From Acidobacteriota bacterium (GTDB lineage Bacteria; Acidobacteriota; UBA890; WLXD01), in NCBI GenBank assembly GCA_963666055.2, contig CAXWPH010000015.1, positions 1,536,001-1,600,000 of the forward strand: a DNA stretch of 64,000 nucleotides, written 5' to 3'. A program made the position numbers and the translations under genes. The notes beneath the pieces are model-generated. The model had not been told where the DNA came from, searched no databases, and saw only the letters and a program-made list of their open reading frames with translations. Shown here in pieces: positions 58,873 to 64,000 of this stretch; position 1 is the first letter of the stretch, and each line of letters begins with the position of its first letter.

Positions 58873-61480
58873 ACCCGGAGCGTTGGCGACGGGTGAAGGA
58901 GCTCTTCCAGCAGGCTCTCCAGATGCCTGCCGGCGAGCGCCAGGCGTTCATCGAGGCCGCCACCGCCGCCGACGAGTCATTACGAAAGGAGGTTCACACG
59001 CTGCTGTCGTCACACGATGCAGCGACCGACTTCCTGAACAACCCACCGCGGGCGGCGGCGGCCGAGGTCACCGAGTTGCACGATCGCGCCTCGCGCGTCG
59101 GAGACCATATCGGCCCCTACAAGGTGCTTCGCCGTATCGGGCGAGGCGGTACGGGCAGCGTCTACCTCGCAGTGCGCGACGACGACGAGTTCCAACGGCG
59201 CGTCGCCATCAAGCTCGTGCGGCGCGGCATGGCGACGGCCGACATTTTGCGGCGCTTCCGCAGCGAGCGTCAGATCCTCGCTAGCATCGACCACCCCTAC
59301 ATTGCACACCTGCTCGACGGTGGCTCCACCGATGACGGTGTTCCCTACTTCGTCATGGAGTACATCGAGGGCGAGCCGATCAACGTCTATTGCGACCGTA
59401 ACCGGCTGTCGATCGAGGAGCGCCTGGCGCTTTTCTGCCAGGTGTGCTCGGCCGTCCAGGTCGCGCACCAGAACTTGGTGGTGCATCGCGATATCAAGCC
59501 GGGGAACATCCTGGTATCGGCGGCCGGCGTTCCCAAGCTGCTCGACTTCGGGATTGCCAAGCTGCTCAACCCAGAGCTATCGGCCGCTGTGGATGACCCG
59601 ACGCTGCTCGAGCTGCGTGTCATGACACCAGAATACGCCAGCCCCGAGCAGATGCGCGGCGGTGCCATCACCACCGCCAGCGACGTGTACTCGCTCGGCA
59701 TCTTGCTATATGAGCTGCTGGCTGGTCGACGACCGTATCAACTCGACAACCTGCCGATGCCGGACATGGAGTTGGTGGTCTGCACCACCCACCCCTCGCG
59801 TCCGAGCGATGCTGTCTCGCAGCCGGATGTTGCGCGAGTTTCGGAGGGATCCGTACCGATCGATGCCGCGACCGTGGCACAGGCGCGTGGCGAGGCACCG
59901 GAGCGCCTGCGACGGGCGCTTGCCGGTGATCTCGACAACATCGTGCTCATGGCCCTGCGCAAGGAGCCCAATCGACGCTACTCCTCGGTCGAACACTTCG
60001 CCGACGACATTCAGCGCCATCTGAAGGGGCTGCCGGTGACCGCCCGAGCCGACACGCTCGGCTATCGCGTCGGAAAGTTCGTCGGACGCCATCGCCTGGG
60101 AGTGGCAGTGGGAATAACGGCGGTGTTGTTCGGGCTGGCGTTGGCGACGACGATTGTCGTGCAGGCCGGTCAGGTGGCTGCTGAGCGGGACCGTGCCCAG
60201 CGGGCGGCGGAGCGTGCCACGGCGGTCAGCGACTTTCTACAAGAGATCATGGCGTCAGCCGACCCGATCGAGGGAATGGGTCGCGACGTGACGGTGATCG
60301 AGTCCGTCGAGGCGGCGGTTCCTAGGATCGGCAGCACCTTCGACAATCAGCCCCACCTTCAGGCGGCGGTCCGCCATACGATCGGCACGACGTTCTTGCG
60401 GCTGGGGCGGCTCGAAGAGGCGGAGGAGCAGCTGCGATTGGCATTGGCGATCCGCAGGGAGATGAACGGCGCGGCGAATCTCGACGTTGCCGCCACCCTC
60501 AACAGCTTGGGTGAGGTGCTCTACGATCGCGGTGATCTTGAAGGCTCCGAGCAGCTGTTCCGTGAGTCGTTGGAGATGCGCGAGGCGTTGCTCGGCCGCG
60601 AGCATGCCGACGTCGCTTGGGTACTCGACAACGTTGCCAACACCGCTCACGATCGCGGCGATCTCGACCAGGCCGAGAGCATGTACCGCGAGGTCCTGCA
60701 GATTCGACGTCTGGTGTTGAGCCCGGAACACCAGGACATCGCCTCCAGCCTCAACAATCTGGCGTCGATTCACCACGACCGTGCCGAGCTCGATGACGCG
60801 GAGCGCCTCTATCGGGAGTCGCTCGCCCTCTCCAGGGTGGCCCTCGGCGACGAGCACCCGGACGTTGCGACCTCGTTGGCGAACTTGGCGGCGTTGCTGC
60901 TCTGCCTCGTCAGCGTTCTGACGAGGCAGAGCCGCTGCTCCGGGAGGCGCTCCGCATGAACCGCAAGCTGCTGGGCGACCAGCATCCGGGGGTGGTCAAC
61001 GCGCTCGAAAACCTCGCCGCGTTGCTCGAGGAGCGTGGCGCCATCGATGAGGCACGGGAGCTCTTCTTCGAATCGTTGCAGACGTCGCGACAGATTTGGG
61101 GCGCTGGTCTCATGGTGGCGGACACGCTGACCAGCCTCGCTCACCTAGAGTTGAGCAGCGACCGGCCGGCGGCTGCCGAGCCCTACTTCGCCGAGGCTCT
61201 GGAATTGACGCGTCGCGTCCGCGACGCCGACCACCCCGCTCTGACCTGGCTCAACGCCTCCTATGGCTACTGCCTGTTCGAGCTCGGGCGCTACGAAGAA
61301 TCGGAGCGGGCTTTGCTCGAAGCGCTTAGCGCCGAGCAGAAGCGTGAGGAGCAGGACGCCGCCCTGCTAGGCGGTATCGCCGCCGACCTGGTCGCTTTGT
61401 ACGAGGCGTGGGGTCACCTCGATGAGGCTGCCGCCTACCGCGTCCTTGCGCAGGGTGCGACGCACGACACCGAGCACTAG
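58869..61480 (+). pseudogene. Membrane Ser/Thr kinase with TPR repeats, frameshifted near 60900
   Basis: IGRGGTG, VAIK, HRDIKPGN, LLDFG, TPEYASPE, TM, TPRs. First frame stops at 60959; TPR consensus continues in another frame (DEAEPLLREALRMNRKLLG) to 61480. Confidence 0.85.
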
Positions 61481-61516
61481 CGGCCCTTCCACCACGGCCT
61501 GCTAGCGGCCCTTCCA
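61477..61516. repeat. 29-bp mini-element between convergent TAG stops with 15-bp direct repeat
   Basis: CTAGCGGCCCTTCCA-CCACGGCCTG-CTAGCGGCCCTTCCA. Confidence 0.75.
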
Positions 61517-62287
61517 GTCGGGCTGACGTTTCTCCAAGAACGCCCGGACACCTTCGTCGGCGTCTTCGGAGGTGACGGCGGCGATCACCGCCGGAAGGCG
61601 TTGTGCGGCGGCCTCGGCGACGCTCAGGTGACCGGTTCCCCGCATCACTTGTTTGATCGCTCGTGTCGCCAGCGGCGCGCAGGCGAGGATGTCTGCCACC
61701 CAGCGGTCCACTGCTTCGTCGAGCTGCGCTCGGGCGACCACCTCGTTGACGAGCCCGAGGCGCTTGGCCTCGGTTGCATCGATGCGGCGCCCGGTGAGCA
61801 GAAGGCCCAGGGCGGCTTTCTCGTGGATCTTGCGACTCAGCAGCGTCATTCCGCCGTCCAAGGGTAGCCGTCCAACACGCGGCTCGGGGAACCCGAACTG
61901 AGCGTCGTCACAGGCCACGGCGATATCACATCCGAGTAGCATCTCCATGCCGCCGCCCAGCGCGTAGCCGTTCACGCGAGCCACCACGGGGGTGATCAGC
62001 TGGTCGTTCATTGCCAGGCCGGCAAAGCCACCGGGGCGGGCGCTCGCCAAGTATTCCAGCCCCGTGACCTCCTCGCCCTCAGCGGCGCTCTTGAGGTCGG
62101 CGCCGACGCAGAACGCACGATCGCCAGCTCCGGTCACCACGATGACGCGGACGTCTCGATTGTTCTCGAGCTCGTCCCACAGGGCCCGTAACTCTCGCTC
62201 GGTTGCCTGGTCGATGGCGTTGAGCACCTCGGGACGATCGATGGTCACGCGCGCCACGTGGTCAGCTACCTGCAGCTGAACGCTCAT
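61502..62287 (-). CDS. Enoyl-CoA hydratase/isomerase family
   Basis: AFCVGADL, VNGYALGGGME, FGFPE, EGVRAFLEKR. Confidence 0.93.
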   Translation of the reverse strand: MSVQLQVADHVARVTIDRPEVLNAIDQATERELRALWDELENNRDVRVIVVTGAGDRAFCVGADLKSAAEGEEVTGLEYLASARPGGFAGLAMNDQLITPVVARVNGYALGGGMEMLLGCDIAVACDDAQFGFPEPRVGRLPLDGGMTLLSRKIHEKAALGLLLTGRRIDATEAKRLGLVNEVVARAQLDEAVDRWVADILACAPLATRAIKQVMRGTGHLSVAEAAAQRLPAVIAAVTSEDADEGVRAFLEKRQPDWKGR

Positions 62288-63471
62288 GCCACGACACCGC
62301 GCGAGCGCAACACGGCGATAGCCTCGGCATCGTAGCCGAGCTCAGCGAGGATGGCGTCGGAGTGCTCGCCGAGTCGCGGCGGCGCTTCGGCACGTCGTGT
62401 GCGCGTCCCGCCTATTACGATGGGGGTGGCCACGGCGCGCAGACTGGACCCGCTCGGATGCGTCATCGCCATCACCATGTCATTGACAGCTGTTTGCTCA
62501 TCGGCCAGAGCCTCACCCAGCGATCGGACCGGAGCGCAAAGCAGATCGTGTTTCTCCAACACCTCGATCCAGTAGGTGGTGCCCTGTTGCGAGAATCTCT
62601 GGCGGAAAATCGCTTGCAGCTCGCTACGGTTCTTGACCATCTGACGCATGGAGTCGAAGCGTGGATCCTGGGACAGGTCTTCGATGCCAAGGGCCATCGA
62701 GATGTCTCGTAGCGGGTGGCGCTTGAAGGCGCCGACCATCACCAGCGCCCCGTCGGTGGTCGCGAACACGCCGGAGAGCGGCATGGCGCCCCAGTTGAGA
62801 TCGTGCTCGCGCATCAGCCACATCGACGCCTCCTGCATCTGCATCGCCAGCATGGCGTCGTAGAGCGAGACTTCGACCTCCTGGCCCTTGCCGCTTTGCT
62901 GCCGTTCCAGCAGCGCCAGAAGAATTCCCTGCACCAGATGCATGCCGGCGGCGTAGTCGGCCAGCGCGGTTGGGTACACGCTGAGCGGCTCATCAGGGTT
63001 CGACCGCCTGGCCATCACGCCGGAGACCGCCTGCGCGAGGATGTCCTGCCCGCCCTTGTGGGCGTTGGGGCCGCTGCGCCCGAAGCCTGTGCCGACGGCG
63101 TAGATGATGCCGGGATTGATCTCCGCCAGCTGCTCGTAACTCAGTCCCATGCGCTCCATTACGCCGGCGCGGAAATTGTTGGCGACGATGTCGGCGTGGC
63201 GCAACAGCTCGATGAGGATCTGGTGACCTTCGGTGGACTTCAGATCGAGTGCCAGGCTGCGCTTGTTGCGGTTGAGGCTGCCGAACACCGGGTTGTCGGG
63301 TCCATCGGGGTCGTCGGGTAGCGCCCACCGCATGAGGTCGCCGCTGCCCGGTCGCTCGATCTTGATGACGTCGGCACCGTAGTCGCCCAGAACCTGCGTG
63401 GCACAGGGGCCGAGCATCGCCTGGGTCAGGTCGACGACCCGCATGCCGCTCAAGGGAAGCGTGCTGCTCAA
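62284..63471 (-). CDS. Class III CoA-transferase (CaiB/BaiF)
   Basis: PLSGMRVVDLT, GADVIKIE, NRNKRS, NFRAG, PRLGEH; TTG start overlapping the upstream stop. Confidence 0.92.
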   Translation of the reverse strand: MSSTLPLSGMRVVDLTQAMLGPCATQVLGDYGADVIKIERPGSGDLMRWALPDDPDGPDNPVFGSLNRNKRSLALDLKSTEGHQILIELLRHADIVANNFRAGVMERMGLSYEQLAEINPGIIYAVGTGFGRSGPNAHKGGQDILAQAVSGVMARRSNPDEPLSVYPTALADYAAGMHLVQGILLALLERQQSGKGQEVEVSLYDAMLAMQMQEASMWLMREHDLNWGAMPLSGVFATTDGALVMVGAFKRHPLRDISMALGIEDLSQDPRFDSMRQMVKNRSELQAIFRQRFSQQGTTYWIEVLEKHDLLCAPVRSLGEALADEQTAVNDMVMAMTHPSGSSLRAVATPIVIGGTRTRRAEAPPRLGEHSDAILAELGYDAEAIAVLRSRGVVA

Positions 63472-64000
63472 CTCGATGCCCCCGCCGAAACTCCAGCACG
63501 AAGCGTGGCGCTCGCCGACGGCGTTTCGCCCGGATCGGCGCCCTGCTCGCGAAGGCGGCGCTGCAGCGCCGTCACGTCGATTTCGCGAACCGCCGCCCCG
63601 GACTCGACCGCCATGGCCGCAGCCAATCCGGCGGCCTCTCCCATCGCCATGCACGGTGGGATCTCGCGCGACGTCTTCTGTGCCTCGGGCGTTGCCGAGT
63701 AGTGCCGCCCGGCAACCAGAAGCTGACCGACCCCGCGGGGCAGCAGCGCCCGGTACGGTGTGTAGTAATCACGCCCGCGGGCGATGCTGTCGGCGAAGTG
63801 GACGCGGTTGGCAACGTCGTCGTGGGTCACGACGTACTCGCCCCGGAGCATGCGGGTCTGACGTACCCCGGTCTGCGGCGCCACGTCGACGAGCTGACAG
63901 CGCTCGAAGCCCGGTAGGTGGCCCCGTGCGTGCTCGATCACGGCGTCGATACGCCGGCGTCCCTCGAGGACGGCAGCGGTCAAGTCGTTCACCTTGGCGC
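63468..64000 (-). CDS. FAD-dependent oxidoreductase, C-terminal part (5' end outside window)
   Basis: GVRQTR, PYRALLP, LLVAGRHYSAT, CMAMGEAAGLAAA. Confidence 0.85.
   Translation of the reverse strand, partial: AKVNDLTAAVLEGRRRIDAVIEHARGHLPGFERCQLVDVAPQTGVRQTRMLRGEYVVTHDDVANRVHFADSIARGRDYYTPYRALLPRGVGQLLVAGRHYSATPEAQKTSREIPPCMAMGEAAGLAAAMAVESGAAVREIDVTALQRRLREQGADPGETPSASATLRAGVSAGASS

Noticed and set aside
60956-61480. Independent 174-aa TPR gene or programmed frameshift
   Set aside because: TPR consensus extends upstream of its ATG to the inverted repeat and there is no slippery run, so it is better explained as the detached kinase tail.

Overview
High-GC bacterial chromosomal window of about 45 genes. 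Two PadR + duplicated orphan ABC-permease (ADOP-type) pairs, an ECF sigma/Ser-Thr kinase pair and a DUF1592-DUF1552-ankyrin triad point to Acidobacteriota (inference). Most genes are housekeeping (fadE, recQ, xth, mog, ggt, PPIases) or secreted hydrolases and transporters. I saw no rRNA, tRNA, CRISPR array or intact transposase. The main unannotated structure is a non-autonomous repeat family bounded by YTAR (mostly CTAG), with about 30-bp terminal inverted repeats (TIRs). It has two full ~280-bp copies and several mini or solo ends sitting exactly on TAG stop codons. One 727-bp derivative brackets a sigma54-like promoter plus a small lipoprotein gene. Its internal stem-loop module (GCGTYG...CCTTG) also occurs alone three times. 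Other highlights: an 871-aa CDGSH/ferredoxin/CDGSH/Rieske/TPP-enzyme fusion, a coupled FHA-GAF-adenylate cyclase plus metallo-beta-lactamase-fold hydrolase pair, a kinase frameshift lying exactly on a perfect 15-bp inverted repeat, and several deletion-damaged gene remnants. All family assignments are by motif recognition; no database search was run.
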